From Oikopleura dioica (Eukaryota > Animalia > Chordata), in NCBI GenBank assembly GCA_907165135.1, contig OU015569.1:8122001-8186000 (forward strand): a stretch of DNA of 64,000 nucleotides, given 5' to 3'. Shown here one piece after another: positions 24,867 to 37,869 of the stretch (position 1 is its first letter; every line of letters begins with the position of its first letter). The translations under genes and the position numbers were made by a program. Under the pieces are notes generated by a model. The model was given only the letters and a program-made list of their open reading frames with translations. It ran no database searches and was not told the DNA's origin.

Positions 24867-26236
24867 ATGCTCGAAGATGTCATGAGAAATCGGAAAGTCT
24901 GTGTTCCCGAGAATCAACTCCCTGCAAGGTTTTTCACTGGGAAAACGTAAGTTCCCCTGTTGTCTCATCGATAAATATCAAACGATTAATTAAGATCGTC
25001 CTCGACGATTTTTGTTGAAAGTTTCCACGACGAAAAAGTGCCCGACGCGCTAGAATACGACCCCAGTCGTTATCAAACAATTTACGAGTATGATCCTCGA
25101 GAAGTCCGCGATTTGGATTTCCTGCAACTATCGAAAAGTTGGGACGATAAAAGAAATGATAATGCAAGAAGAGCTCTGCATCGTTGTCCCCTTGACGCGA
25201 AACCTTGGTGCGGCATTGACTTGCTGCGGGCGTTCTCGCATAGAAAATGGGTTTGCTCAACTTTGTTGAGCGACGAGAAGAGTATTGTCCGCTTAAACTT
25301 CGCTGTGATCCTTGTTCTTGATATAGCGTTGGGCATTCTTCTCAGAAATTTAATCACTGCAAGCGTTTTCGACTCGTCGCTGGCAACTCAAGTCGACGAA
25401 GGTGCACTACAACTGGCTGAGGGTCTGGAGTGGATTTCAAAAAATCCTGGAGGACTGAAGATTAACCCGAAAATGGCGTTTTTGATTTCAAAGTTTTGCT
25501 ATCACCACGTTCAGATCTGGCAAGGCTATTGTCAGATGATCATTGATTATAGCGGCTGGTTTGTATCAGGCTTAGGTTTTGACTATTTTGTTAATTCCCT
25601 TCAATGATAATTTGCTAAATAATGCGAAAAACGATGAATGTTAACCTTTGACAAGCGTTTCGGGTGATCTCGCCTCTTGGACTTTCATTCTCTTTGGCTT
25701 TTATTTCGGACTTGTTTATGCTTACAACCCTTCACTTTTACTGCTTTTACGTCTATATGCTGCGTGTTTACCGTTTCTCGGTTTTGACACTGCAGCACCT
25801 GCTGAACCTCTTCTTCGGCAAAAAGTTCAATCCGCTGATGCGATTGAGGGACTCAATTTTCAACGAACAAGACAATTCGCCAAACAATACTACTGCATTC
25901 CGCCTTACAGTGGGCTCCCTTATCTTCGCTGTCTTCACTTTCCTTTTTCCAACAATAATCTTATACTACTTCTGCTTTTGCAGTATTCGATTCCTGCAAT
26001 CATTATGTCGCTCTCTCATTCGAAACCTGAGCGATATGTTCGTCGACTCATTTCCAGTACTTTACCTGTATTATTTCTTCCGGCCATGGATCTTCGGCGT
26101 AGAACTAACTATTCTCGGCGAAAAGATGAAAGTCCACCCAGTGTCTCCTTCAAAACTAATTTCTAGTGCTGAGAATAATTCAGCCGCTTCATCGAGCTCT
26201 ATTCTTTCGTGTGTGCTCAAGGGGAACATATTTTAA
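24867..26236 (+). CDS. PIGQ: GPI-GlcNAc transferase subunit Q (Gpi1)
   Basis: LEWISKNPGGLKINPKMAFLISKFCYHHVQIW and LGLSFSLAFISDLFMLTTLHFYCFYVYMLRVY..LFFGKKFNPL are the Gpi1 domain signature. Confidence 0.93.
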
Positions 26237-26335
26237 TTAATTCTCTGTTGAAAGTGAAGTCGCTAGTTGACTGTTAATGATAAAACATCAAAGAAGGAAT
26301 ATATTCAGATGCGAGCGTTATTAAAAGAGTAAGTC

Positions 26336-28148
26336 ATGCAAGACGACGACGAAGATGTTGAAGAGATCTGCACGCCTGACGTGTCATCTGATATGCCGTC
26401 CTCATCGCATGTGAACCTCCACGCCGGTGCTTTCTGTTAGTTTTCAGAAAGCGATTCCATCTCACACTTATATTTTTAAGCGGCGAACAAACTTTTCAAC
26501 ATGGTTGACAGGCCCAAGAAAAGAGGAAGACCGAGAAAGTACACTAACATTGGATCCTTTTGCGAAGATGACCCAACAGCAGCATCTACCTCTAATAAAT
26601 ATAGCGCTGGAATCAAAGTTGAAATCGGTGCAAGGCCATTTGCTGCTTTACCGGTTAGTAGGCAATCTATACTTTTTTGACCCTATTATCAGCCCGAACG
26701 CGTTCGCCCTTTGCCAACACTGAAAAAAGAGTCAGAAAACACAACGCTCAATACCTACTGGCAGTTCGTGAATAAATCCAATTCACTTCTAATGGACTCT
26801 GATATTTTAAATTGTCCTGAAGAACAAGTTTCTCGGCCTCCGCCGACTCTTTCAATCAATCTTTTAGTAAGTGAAGATATCATTTCTTTTTAAATTGATT
26901 TCCAAGAATCCGGACGGAACGAAAAAGAGCGAGGAGGAAATCAAAAGGGAGGCGAACTTACAAGATTTCCGCGTGAAGATAGATCGCTGTCCCACAACGC
27001 AGCGTGGAATCAATAAAATACTCAATCTTCACCTGGCGGAATTAAATTCCAAAAAACAGGTCAAGACTCGTTCGACTGCTATTCAATCAAAAAAGTATAC
27101 AACAAGTGGAGTTGAGCAATCGCCTGGCAAAGGATATTTGCGCTGCTCAAATTGCAAAAAATGGTTCAGTGATGAACAGACCTTGCAAGAGCATTCAAAA
27201 GATCTAATACAGGTAAATAAAGAGTGCGATACAAATGCCATCCGTATTTAGTGCAATATTTGTATACGATCGTTGCCAGTTGGATATAACAACTATGAAA
27301 GGCCATTCTTCTGTACTAAGCAAGAATTACAATTGCATTTCCGAGGAAAACATACAAAACAGTACTTGGAGATGGTGGCGGCTAAGACCGGCCGTCCAGC
27401 CGGCAAAGTAGTACAACTTGGCCGACATAACTCTGCAAAACCCGATCTGAATATTTGGGTGGACGGAAAAGCTTCTAAAATCGGGCCCGACGCAGAAGCA
27501 CTCATCAATGATCCCTTACCTACAAACCACTTTTCTGTAAACAATCCTCCATCGAATCTATCAACCTGTAATTTTCGCGACGCCACTTTCAAAGGTATTG
27601 ACAACAATTAAGGACAACCCAAGCAAGCTTCTTTTCTATTCAAACCACTTTCTAGGAAATAATTTCAAAGTTCATCATGCACCTGAAGGAGGCTGGAAGC
27701 AAGGCCAAAAAATGCCGTACTCATCGACGACGCGGAACGGACGCTTTAGTGCAAACGTGGTTCGAAAGCAAGCGAAGTCTAGCGTGAAGGCAGAGCCACT
27801 TCCTGGCCCGGTTATTCCCGTTCCTGAGGAAGACGTCTGTACTATCACGGAAATGGACGACGAGTCAGGCGAATTGAATGATAAGGTGATCTAAAGATAG
27901 TTATTTGTTTCTTTAGCAAGATTCTTCAGCTCGAAGAAGTAGTCGCGAAGAAAGCGAGGACGAATGAAACTGTAAATAACTCGCTCACTGTTAGTAACAA
28001 GCGGATCAAGCCTCCCGTGGCGATCATGACGAAGCCGATCAACTTTGGAAAGTTGAATGGAATCAAGCTCAATGGAAAACTAATAAGTGGCACTCCCCTG
28101 CAATCATTCAAAGTGAAAGTCAACAAAACAACCCCCGATTCTCTGTAA
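26336..28148 (+). CDS. AT-hook + C2H2-type zinc-finger protein
   Basis: KKRGRPRKY AT-hook; YLRCSNCKKWFSDEQTLQEH; CNICIRS..FFCTKQELQLHFRGKH; exons joined by short GT-AG introns. Start may be 26309 or 26336. Confidence 0.75.
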
Positions 28149-28382
28149 AGTTCTGATTTCAAATGATTTATCTTCTAAAAAGAAAATACTTATTGCTATG
28201 CTGATTTCTTCTCGATGTTCTTCTTTTCAACTCTGCTTTTTTATTTCATGTATTTCTGGTCACCTTCGTGTCTTCTGTACATATTTCACAATCTATCTTA
28301 TCAATAATTCTCAAAAGCTCTTGAATGAAAATGGCGATAGTTTATTTACGGCGTTAGTTTCTTAGAGTTCAGAGCTGATGCG

Positions 28383-31300
28383 ATGAGCTTCTTCGCGATT
28401 ACAGAGGAAGAGGCATTTTTCGAAGATGACGAACTTGAAAAAGAGCTGCAATCTAGACTCAGTGCGGTTGTTATTTCCGACTTAGAAGACTCCGATTACT
28501 CGGAAGAAGAAACATCACATGTGGAGGATAAAGTCGAGAATGGAGAAAAATCATTCAATCTAGCTGAGAACCTTCGGATGCTCCAGTCTTACTCTAATGT
28601 AGCCTTCAATTTTGAAGAGCTCGAGGACAGTGAAATTGCAGTTACTGATGCTGAAGCCCCTGATTGCTCAGCAAAGATGCCATCACAAAGTCAAGAATTG
28701 TTCAAAGGTGACACGCGGGAACTAAACGAGTCGTTGGTCAACACATTCCTTTCAAATGAGAAATCATCAGAGGCAGAAAAGATACAAGCCGAGATCGACA
28801 AAGAAAAAAGTAAGAATGATCAACTGAGGCGTGTTCGTGAAGAAACCGCTGCATTGAAAATTCAAAAAATTTTCCGTGGCTTCAAAACTCGAACCTCCAA
28901 AACAGGAAGGATGGTGCGTGGACATTTGGAAAGCAAAAAGAGAATCAAATTCGTTGAAAAGGCGCAGCAATTCGAATTCGAAGAGAGGCGTCGGGTCGCT
29001 GACCAAATCAAGAAAGAGAACGAACTTATCCTCGCAGAGAAAATTATAAAAGATGAAGAGCTTAAAAGGTCCGATACTTGTTCTTATTTTGCATCTGAAA
29101 GAACTTGTTATTTTAGGAGAAGAGAGCAAGAAGAAAAGGAAAGAATTGCTCTTGAACGCGCACAGCAAGCGGAAAAAATTTGGAACGAGCGGGTTATTCT
29201 CTTCACAGAAAAAATGCTCCGGCGTAAGGATCAGCGAGCAGCGGTTATTATTCAGGAAAGGGGCTAAGAAAATCAGATTTTACGTTGATAGCGCGGGCAA
29301 GGGACAATCAAACTATTACTGGACTGGACAGATGAATTGACAATGGAAAAACTAATAGTAAAACGCCCCCATAGAGAACTGTTCGAGATTTCCTAAGGAA
29401 GCGACTCCAGCGGCGTTCAGGCGCCGCTTTGGTTATCCAGCGTAATTACAGAGAATACTGTACTCGCAAACGGACGCAAGCTGCAATCTCAATACAAACA
29501 TATTGGCGAAAGTCTCGAGAGCTCAAAGCTCGACGCGCATTAGAGATTAAAGTCAATGCAGTTAAAGTAAGCTCAAAAAAAAAGTAAAACAGATTTTTCT
29601 CGTGAATCATAGTCGGAGTCCAAGATAAGGGACATTTTTGCCCCGAAACTTTATTCAATTAAACATACAAATGCAAAAACAGAACTATAAAAATAATGCC
29701 ACATATCTTTAGCCAAAACGTCTCTTATCTTTGTGTCCATTATCTTGGACTCAGACTGTACTCCTACTGGAAATTTTAGACAATTTTAATTCATCGACGT
29801 CAGTATCGTCAACTTCAAGAAGCGTACCGAGCCGTATGGGGAGAACTAGAACTTAGGAAGAAAAATGCATTGATCGCCGCTCAAATTGCCGAACAGCAAG
29901 AGCTAGTAAACCAATTCAAGTTGAACCGAAGCGCGAAGATTATCCAAAGAATGTGGCGTCAACACGTTGTTACAGAAAACAAAGCAGCTGAAATTCTGGG
30001 AGAAGCGAAAAAGCTCACTCAAATCGAATCCCAAAAGACCATCGTGCTTGGGAAGTCGGGTATATCCGTGGCCAGCCCGAGGGCAGACTTGCCCATTCTC
30101 GGTTCAAGCATTCGCGGCAAGAATTCCTCTTCTCCATTGAAAAACAATATTGCATCGGAAGAAATGCTGCTAGAGAGCCAAAACACGATAGTTGTGAAAA
30201 AAATCGATGAAGGATTACTTGCGGAACTTAAGCGAAATCTTGAGAGAATACGTCCTGTAAATTTTACTCCTGTAGCAAAGATGGAGATCCCGAAAGAAGA
30301 AAAAAAGCGACTTCTAGTCGAAAAGTTCACAGAGAGTATGTTTAAGAATAAAAGCCCTTTCGAGTCCGTCTCTTTCTTCAACTCGCCCGCCCTGAGAAAA
30401 CTTGACTTGTCGTCTTCCCAACTTAAATCGTGTCACATCGACCTCCCAAACCTGCGCCATCTCGACTTGTCGAAGAACCGCCTTAGTTCGCAATTGCTGA
30501 TCCAAGCACCGCGCCTTCGAATTCTAAGTATTTCAGAGAACAAGTTCGCGCGTCTTCTTTTCACGCCTCTACCGCACTTGTCCGCGCTCGACGCATCGTC
30601 TAACCAGCTGATAGACATTCAAAACTTGTCTCGAATAGCTCCTAGACTCATGTTTCTCAATGTGGCCGACAACTTTATCGACAAGCTCCCCCCGAACATG
30701 AGCGCTTTAATTCATCTTGATATCACCAACAATTCTTTGCGAAATTTCGATGCGTTTTCCTCTCCGTTCATCACATTCTTGCGAGCCCAATTCAATAACT
30801 TCGGGAAAAGTGATCAAATGAAAGTCTTCCCTTTTCTTGCAAAAAACGACTTTTTATGGGCAGATTCTCCGCGAGAAACTCTTCCTCTCAATGTCAAAAC
30901 CAAAGAAGACCTCAACGCCGACTTTGATCACAACCGCTTAATCACAACAGTAATTCACTTCGACTGGACTGTGAAATCTCTCCCGCTTGTTGACAGGACA
31001 TATTGGAATTTGTGGCACATGCGAAAGTACATTCTCCAGTCGTCAAAGTTACACAAGCCAACTCCCGTAATAAAGTCTTTTCTGAAGAGAGTGGTCTACA
31101 ATCGAAGAAAAAGCAAAAGAGAAGCACACGCCGTCGAAGTGATTGAGTCTTGGTGGGTTTCAGCAAATGTAAGGCTGAAGATAAAACGCGCGAGAGAACA
31201 GATACGCGCTTCTAGTAAGGAGGAATTTAAGCTCGAAGAATTTGACGTCGATTCATTTTATGAGAGCTTAGATGTCGGACAGGAACTTGAGTCGCCACGG

Positions 31301-31933
31301 CGACATTTTCCAGAGCGAATTACACAGTCGAAACCGTCAACCAACCATGCGCAGACATCGACGGATGCGTATGCCAGACATCCGGCGAAAGCTCCTCCTA
31401 TGGAAAAGAAACCACTGTTGACATACTACGATGTGGAAGGAAACACGCACTCGGTGATGAATGCTTATGACACACTTGTCGACGATGACAAAATTCGATC
31501 ACAGGCACAGGAGCTGTTCGCATGGAAACAAATGGGCGATGCTCCAAATTTTTACGCAGAGTCTTTCAAAAGTTCGAAAGCGAGTGGTCCTCTACCAAGC
31601 ATTCCCGAAACCCCGAAAATATCCAAGAAAGAAGAAAAAATCGCGCAGATAATGCAATCATGGAACGTCGGCCGAGAAACAGCGGAGAGGATGTACACTA
31701 GTCAAAACAGAATGAAAGGAAAGGCAACGTCGAAGAAGAAAGACTCACCCAAAAAGTCATTTTCCTCTACTAACAGTCTTTCATATGGTCAAGCGTCGAA
31801 TTCAATGACTTCATTAGTCTCAGCGCGCTCGCGAGATCGAACATGGATAAAGCCAAAATATCAATCTGACTCACAAAGAGCTGTCGTAAATAATTGGGTC
31901 CAGGTAGATTCCCAACTGCTTGACGTAATGTAA
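28383..31933 (+). CDS. LRRIQ1: Leucine-rich repeat and IQ motif protein
   Basis: Acidic N-terminus; IQ motifs ALKIQKIFRGF, AAVIIQ, AKIIQRMWRQH; LRR array LRKLDLSSSQL/LRHLDLSKNRL/LSALDASSNQL; late IQ-like motif followed by EEFKLEEFDVDSF. Confidence 0.8.
29610..29758. mobile_element. Short, degenerate copy of the Tc1/mariner-type MITE family, inside an LRRIQ1 intron
   Basis: Left TAGTCGGAGTCCAAGATAAGGGAC; right end reverse-complements to CAGTCTGAGTCCAAGATAATGGACACAAAGATAAG followed by TA. Both resemble the 9088 element ends. Confidence 0.85.
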
Positions 31934-32230
31934 CTGTTATTTCCACAAGAAAATAGATGAAGGAATGCCTGTGACACCTGTTCCTCACGATCCGTTGCCG
32001 TTACGCGTTCAATCCATCGAAAATAACAGCACTGATCACTTTTCTTTCGCTAAAAGTCAACTCTCTCCGTTTTCACTGCGCACTTCGACTCCACCATTAC
32101 CACCGCTCAAGAAAAAAGCTTCTCATGTACCTGCCTGGCATTGATCAAATCATATTTTATTTTTATACCTGTAGAATATATTTTTATACATATGAAGACA
32201 AACAAGCTTGACGATTTTTCTTTCAGAGTT

Positions 32231-32994
32231 ATGACAAAGTTGGCTTTATTAGCTCTACTTGGAATCGCCCATGGCTACTTTGTCACAGTTCAGCCAAGAA
32301 AGGAGGAGTGCTTTCATGAATACGTGAAAAACGGTGATAAAATCAACATGATGTATGAGGTTTCGAGCCTTTACTTCTTACATATTATTTACTTTGCATT
32401 TAGGTCGCTGAGGGAGGATTTCTTGATATCAATGTCAAAGTAATCAACGCAAAAAACCAAGTTATATACGACAAAGAGAGAGAAACTTCCGGAAAGGTGC
32501 GCTGAGATTATGAAAGCAGCAACTGTATATTTGTAATTCAGATGCTCTTCACGGCCGATATGCAAGGACCCATCAGATTTTGCTTCAGCAACAAGATTTC
32601 TACTGTTACACACAAAGTCGTGATGTTCTCAATAGATGTTACTGAAGCCACCGCCGCTGGAGAAGAAGATGAAGATGAAACTCACTCGAAGGTAGATCTT
32701 GTAAAATTGAAGTTTTCTGGAGATTCTTTATCTCAGCTTGAAACAATGATGGGCGACCTTGCCAGCCAAATGACGACCGTCAAACATGAGCAGGAATACA
32801 TGGAAGTGCGCGAACGAATCCATCGAGCAATCAACGAGAACACTAATTCAAGAGTCGTCCTGTGGGCCTTTTTTGAGTCTCTCGTCTTGATTGCCATGAC
32901 AGTCGGTCAAGTCTACTATCTCAAAGTATGTTCGTATTCTTTGATATAATCTAAGATTTTCTAGCGTTTTTTCGAAGTCAGAAGAGTGGTTTAA
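32231..32994 (+). CDS. TMED2: p24-beta GOLD-domain cargo receptor
   Basis: [83 protein letters not shown]|RFFEVRRVV*. Confidence 0.97.
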
Positions 32995-33301
32995 TTCTTT
33001 CTGAACGTCGCCGTATCAACTCAATGCACTCGTTTCCAAATCCTAATTTACCTATCAAGAAGATACCTTCGAACGAAGATTTTTAGCTCAAAATAATAAA
33101 TAATATAAAACTCGCTCTGTACTACATAAACATTTTACCTATTCATTCTAGTTGCAATCAATCTCATGTGAAGCCTTCTGGTGAATCATTGAAATGCTAA
33201 GAAAATCCATAGATTCTGTATCTTTCTGGCATTTTTCTATACATCCTGCATTGATATTAGTCTGACTTCTTGTTGTAATAAATACTTGCGTTATAGCAAA
33301 A

Positions 33302-34660
33302 ATGGGTAGAACTCGTCAGTCCAAAAGAAATATCAGTCAAAAGGCATCTCATCAAAAGACCTCCCCTAAGCCCGACCCTGATCCGTCTTATTACACAACT
33401 AAATTCGCTCGCAAGGACTTACCACCAATACCCGACGATGCTCCCATTCCACTAACTGAAGCTAAAATGATTGAGGAAATAAAGCAAGGGATCATCAGAT
33501 TTAAACTTCCCAGCATATTTTTATTCAGCATCCAAATATGTTTTATCCCTCTCACCAGAGTCTCAGACAGCAGCTAAACGAGGAACGCAAGATTAGCAAA
33601 GTAACAGCGGAAAACTACAAAGTTAGTAGTGTTACGTATAAAAATGTACGAAGCGAGTTGGGTACGTTTGAATCACTTTGAGAACTAGTTGAAATGCTCT
33701 TACTAGAGGAGAGATTGCGAGAAAAACAAGAATTCTGCGATGAAGTGTCGTTGGCACTGGATGTAAAAGAAAAGGAAATCGAACAACTTCAGAAAAAAAT
33801 CAAAGCTAAGGACGGGAAGATCTCCACATTGCAGAGCCAGACAAGGATCGCTGATAGTCAGCGAAATGCTGCCCAGCAGTTCGGAAAGAACATTGGAAAA
33901 AGACAGGTGCTCCTTGCTCGAGAGATGACTCGAATGGTTCAGCGCACACTCGTCATCTGCTACTACCAAAACAACAGCACCACGACGAGACTCGTGAGTG
34001 AGTTGTCAAAGACGGGATCGGTCAGCATTCTTGTAGATACAATCCTCCGATACTTAAAAATGAAGTCAACAGAGATTCCTCAGGACGAGCTGCCCGACCA
34101 GAAAAAATTGTTCTTAGATATCCTCAATTGCTTCAACATTGTGGTGACAACATCAGACCGTAAGTCATCCTTGATTTCATGCGCTGAGAAGAAAGACCGA
34201 ATAACTTATAGTTCGAAATCACGTCGCCCGTAATTGCAAATACGTTGATTTACTGAGAGAGCTAATGGATTTCATCTTCAACAAGGAAGATAAGGAGGAA
34301 AAACTATTCTACACAGACAAAGACGTGCGCGACGTTTGCTGCGAGATTCTTGAGCAACTCTGTAAATGTGATCGCGGCGTAGAGATCTTGAATCAGTTCA
34401 ATGACGGATTCCTGCAGCATGACATCGTTGTATACTCAGCGACGGAACAGTGCACTGATAAACAAATCGCCTCGCTCCTAAAAGGTTAGTTATGCAACAG
34501 ACCTAGATCGCAAAGTGCCAAGTGGGCGGATCGTGCTCTGATTATGACGGCATTGCTTGGTTAAGAGCTCGTGGCAGGAAGACACGATTGCGCAATGCAC
34601 ACAATTTGAGATTCCCTAGTACCTCGGATCAACGCAGAAGAGCATACAAAATGTTGATCT
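33302..34660 (+). CDS. Uncharacterised coiled-coil protein with a helical C-terminal region
   Basis: ORFs 33302, 33694 and 34265 link through short introns; heptad-rich LEERLREKQEFCDEVSLALDVKEKEIEQLQKK. Last exon uncertain. Confidence 0.65.
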
Positions 34661-35055
34661 TTGATTCTGAAATTTTTGTTTAGTTTATCTCACAATGTCT
34701 ACAAACGAAGAGTTTGCCGAAAACCTTGCCAAATCGTTTCAGGGACACGGGCTCTGATTATTACGAGCTGATTTAGGTTTATTGGCACCGTATTCATTTT
34801 AATGTTTTTCAAGAGAGAAAATCGAGCCAAAAGTAGCCCGGCTCTGTTGAGAAATGGGAAAAGTCGAAGACACAAGTTCTCCGTGACACTGTCAAGCTCT
34901 TGAAAGAGTGTCAAATTATCCGAGAAAGCTAAAGAGGAAAAAGAATAGCTTTTTGAAAGCGGAAAATAAGAATTGGAAAAAGGCTGTACTCTCACAACTG
35001 CCAAACACGCAAAACATCCCACTGAAAACTTAATAGATTTCGCATTTAGAGAAAA

Positions 35056-36166
35056 ATGACAGAACAGAAAAAGGCTATTGGACTCGGCTGGCAGCTCGGA
35101 TTCGCTGCTGTCTCCGGATGTGGTGCTACCGTTGTGGTTCAGCCAATGGATCTCATCAAAAACAGAATGCAAACATCGAAAGGCCTTGGAGTGTGAGTGG
35201 CATTGTTTAAAAGACGAGAGCTAATAAATATTTCAGAGGGCAATGCGTAAAAAGTATCATCGCGGAAGGTGGACCCACCGCTATGTGGACTGGCCTTGGA
35301 GCTGGTCTCCTTCGCCAATGCTCTTACACGACCGTCCGCTTGGGCGTCTATCGTAAAATGGAAGAATCATACACTGCGAGAAACTTCGGGGAGAAGCTTC
35401 TCATGGGAGGGAGCGCAGGATTTGTTGGCTCCCTATTTGGAAACCCAGCCGAAGTGGCGTTAATTCGAATGTGCGCCGACGGAAATCTTCCAGTTAGTGA
35501 AAGAAGAGGCTACACGTCCGCCTTCAACGCCTTATCTAGAATAGTGTAAGTTCCGACAAGAGAATAGGGAAAATCGATCAGTCTCAGCTTCGAGAGATGA
35601 CGTTAGTAGAGCATAAATTAGAATGAATTAATCGGCAAGTTCGTCATCCTATTTACGCAAAAATGCAAATGATCGCGTATTGAATTTTTATTTAGAAAGG
35701 AAGAGGGCCTTGCGACCTTGTGGCGCGGATCTACCCCAACCATCGCTCGAGCAATTGTCGTCAATGCCGCCCAGTTGGGAACTTACTCGCAAGCAAAGGA
35801 ATCCATCAAAAGTGGTGCTGGCTTGAATGAGGGTATTCTTCTTCACTTCTGCGCCGCCATGGTCAGTGGAATGGTCACCACGATCGCTTCCATGCCCGTC
35901 GATATCGTGAAAACGCGACTCCAAAACCAAAAGGTTAGTTCTACCTCTGCCGTCATCGAAATCTAGCAAAAAAATTTCAGTTCGTCAACGGAGTTCCAGA
36001 ATACAAGGGGGTCTTTGATGTCTTTGGCAGAATCATCAAGGCCGAAGGCGTGCTATCTCTCTGGTCTGGCTTCTGGCCTTACTATTTCCGACTTGGCCCA
36101 CATACTGTTCTCACATTTATTTTTGTTGAACAGCTGAAGGGCCTCTACCTCAACTCCACGAAGTAA
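35056..36166 (+). CDS. SLC25A11: Mitochondrial 2-oxoglutarate/malate carrier
   Basis: GATVVVQPMDLIKNRMQ, GLLRQCSYTTVRLG, GNPAEVALIRMCADG, RAIVVNAAQLGTYSQAK, TTIASMPVDIVKTRLQN, YYFRLGPHTVLTFIFVEQL. Confidence 0.95.
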
Positions 36167-37869
36167 GGACTCGACTCCCTGCTTCCAGCCTTTTCATATG
36201 TTTTGGGGAACTTGTTTTGTTCTATATCTATGTCTGTGTCTTAATTTATAAAAAAACTGTGCCAATTAATTCAAGAAAAGCTAAAAGACCTTTTAATGCG
36301 TTGTGTTGTCGTCTGTTTCGTTGTGTTTTATGATTATAAATTATTTTCAATTCCAATACGCTTACAAATCTATTTATTTCTGGGCGTTTTCATGACATTT
36401 CTTTGATTCACTTTAGTGATTTAAATGGAATAAAATTATCCATAAATATGCATGACAGCAAAAAAGCAGCTCGTTGATATAAAAATGGAGCCATCGATGC
36501 TGGTGAGTTTACATATCAAAACTTCCGTCAAAAAGAAAAAGTTTCGTTTGAGTTGAGTCTTGATTATATATTCGAAATGTACACTATTTAAAATATATAT
36601 CAGTACCTCATTCTTTCCCCTCTACTTCTGTTCTGTCAAATGTTGTGTTTAACCTATCGTGACGTTTACTTCCAATAAAGGCGCTTCTCTGAGACCTTCC
36701 ACCACTATAACCCAGAATAAATAAAACCATATCTAAAGAAAGTCAATTGTGAAAGTTACTTCCTATCGTTGTTGGCAGGCTCAATAAGCAGGCTTTAACT
36801 CAGGTTTCTGTCTAATCGCCGTAGCAGGAAGGATGTTGTTTGTTTAGGGTTCGAGACCAGGCCAGGTGGGAAGAGGCTAGGCCAAGCTTGAGAGGCATTC
36901 GCATCGCCCAAGGGGAATTTCGGCCACCGCTTATTAATCGCCACTAATTGAGTCCAGGCACTAGTAAAAAACAATCGTATCGTAAATCACGAACTCTTTC
37001 TCTGTTGACCCTTTTCCTGGCCTTTCGTGCCCAAGCCGGATACAAAGGACGACCTAACGCCATATCGAAAATCAATAAACACTAGAGATCTGAAAGAAAA
37101 ACTCACTGGTGGCCTCTTTAAGAGAAATTTCAATAAAGCACACTACTAGTGTGACACTAGCTTCATTGATAGAATCGTATCATGAAGTTACAGCAGTAAG
37201 ATTTTCAAAACTCGAGAAGTCTATATTTATAATATATATAATGAAATCTGTTGATGGTAAACGGGCGCTCTATAAATAATCCGCTCAAGTGCGCGTTAAT
37301 TGTTTCATCTTTCGCGCAGATAACAGCAATGATGATTGAAGTTTATCTGCTAAAGGGGGATCGACGCAGCTTTATCACTGTAGCCCATTTCCTATTTTTT
37401 TCCAACGGCTATGTGTCAATCTCCCGGGTAAGGGTTATATGTGCGCGTGCCCGTATTCAGGCCTATTCGAATAATGTGGCAGGTCAATGCTATTCAGCGA
37501 TTTTTTTGTTTTCCACTCACGCTATTATTGTGAGTGTGGAGCTATTTGCAGCTTTTGTTTTCTGGCAGGGAGAGATAATTTCCCTCGGAATATCTGTTGT
37601 ATTATGTACACTCCTCCCAGACGTAGATTTTCTTTCATCGCAAAGAGAGAATGCGCGAGCAAAGTTTGCTAAGCAACCGACGCAAAGGAAGGACTCCTGA
37701 ATCAGTGGCGTTTTAGGGCTGTCACCTGGGTATAAAGATTTTGGATTTTATGAAGGTGAAAGGGAGAATTTCCTTTTTGACACTTGACACTAGAGCTTTA
37801 AGGATTAACATTGCGAGCTTTAGAATGAAATTGAGGCTTTTTTGATCACGTCCAGTTCGATCTTCAAGC

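Noticed and set aside
34699-35172. 157-aa minus-strand ORF
   Set aside because: Starts antisense within SLC25A11 exon 1 and has no recognisable motif; probably a shadow ORF.
36840-37070. GC-rich patch as an RNA gene (7SL, RNase P/MRP, tRNA)
   Set aside because: No conserved boxes found; better explained by minus-strand coding exons.
37251-37700. 149-aa plus-strand hydrophobic ORF
   Set aside because: No splice, start-context or domain support; the opposite strand is also open. Unresolved and not called.
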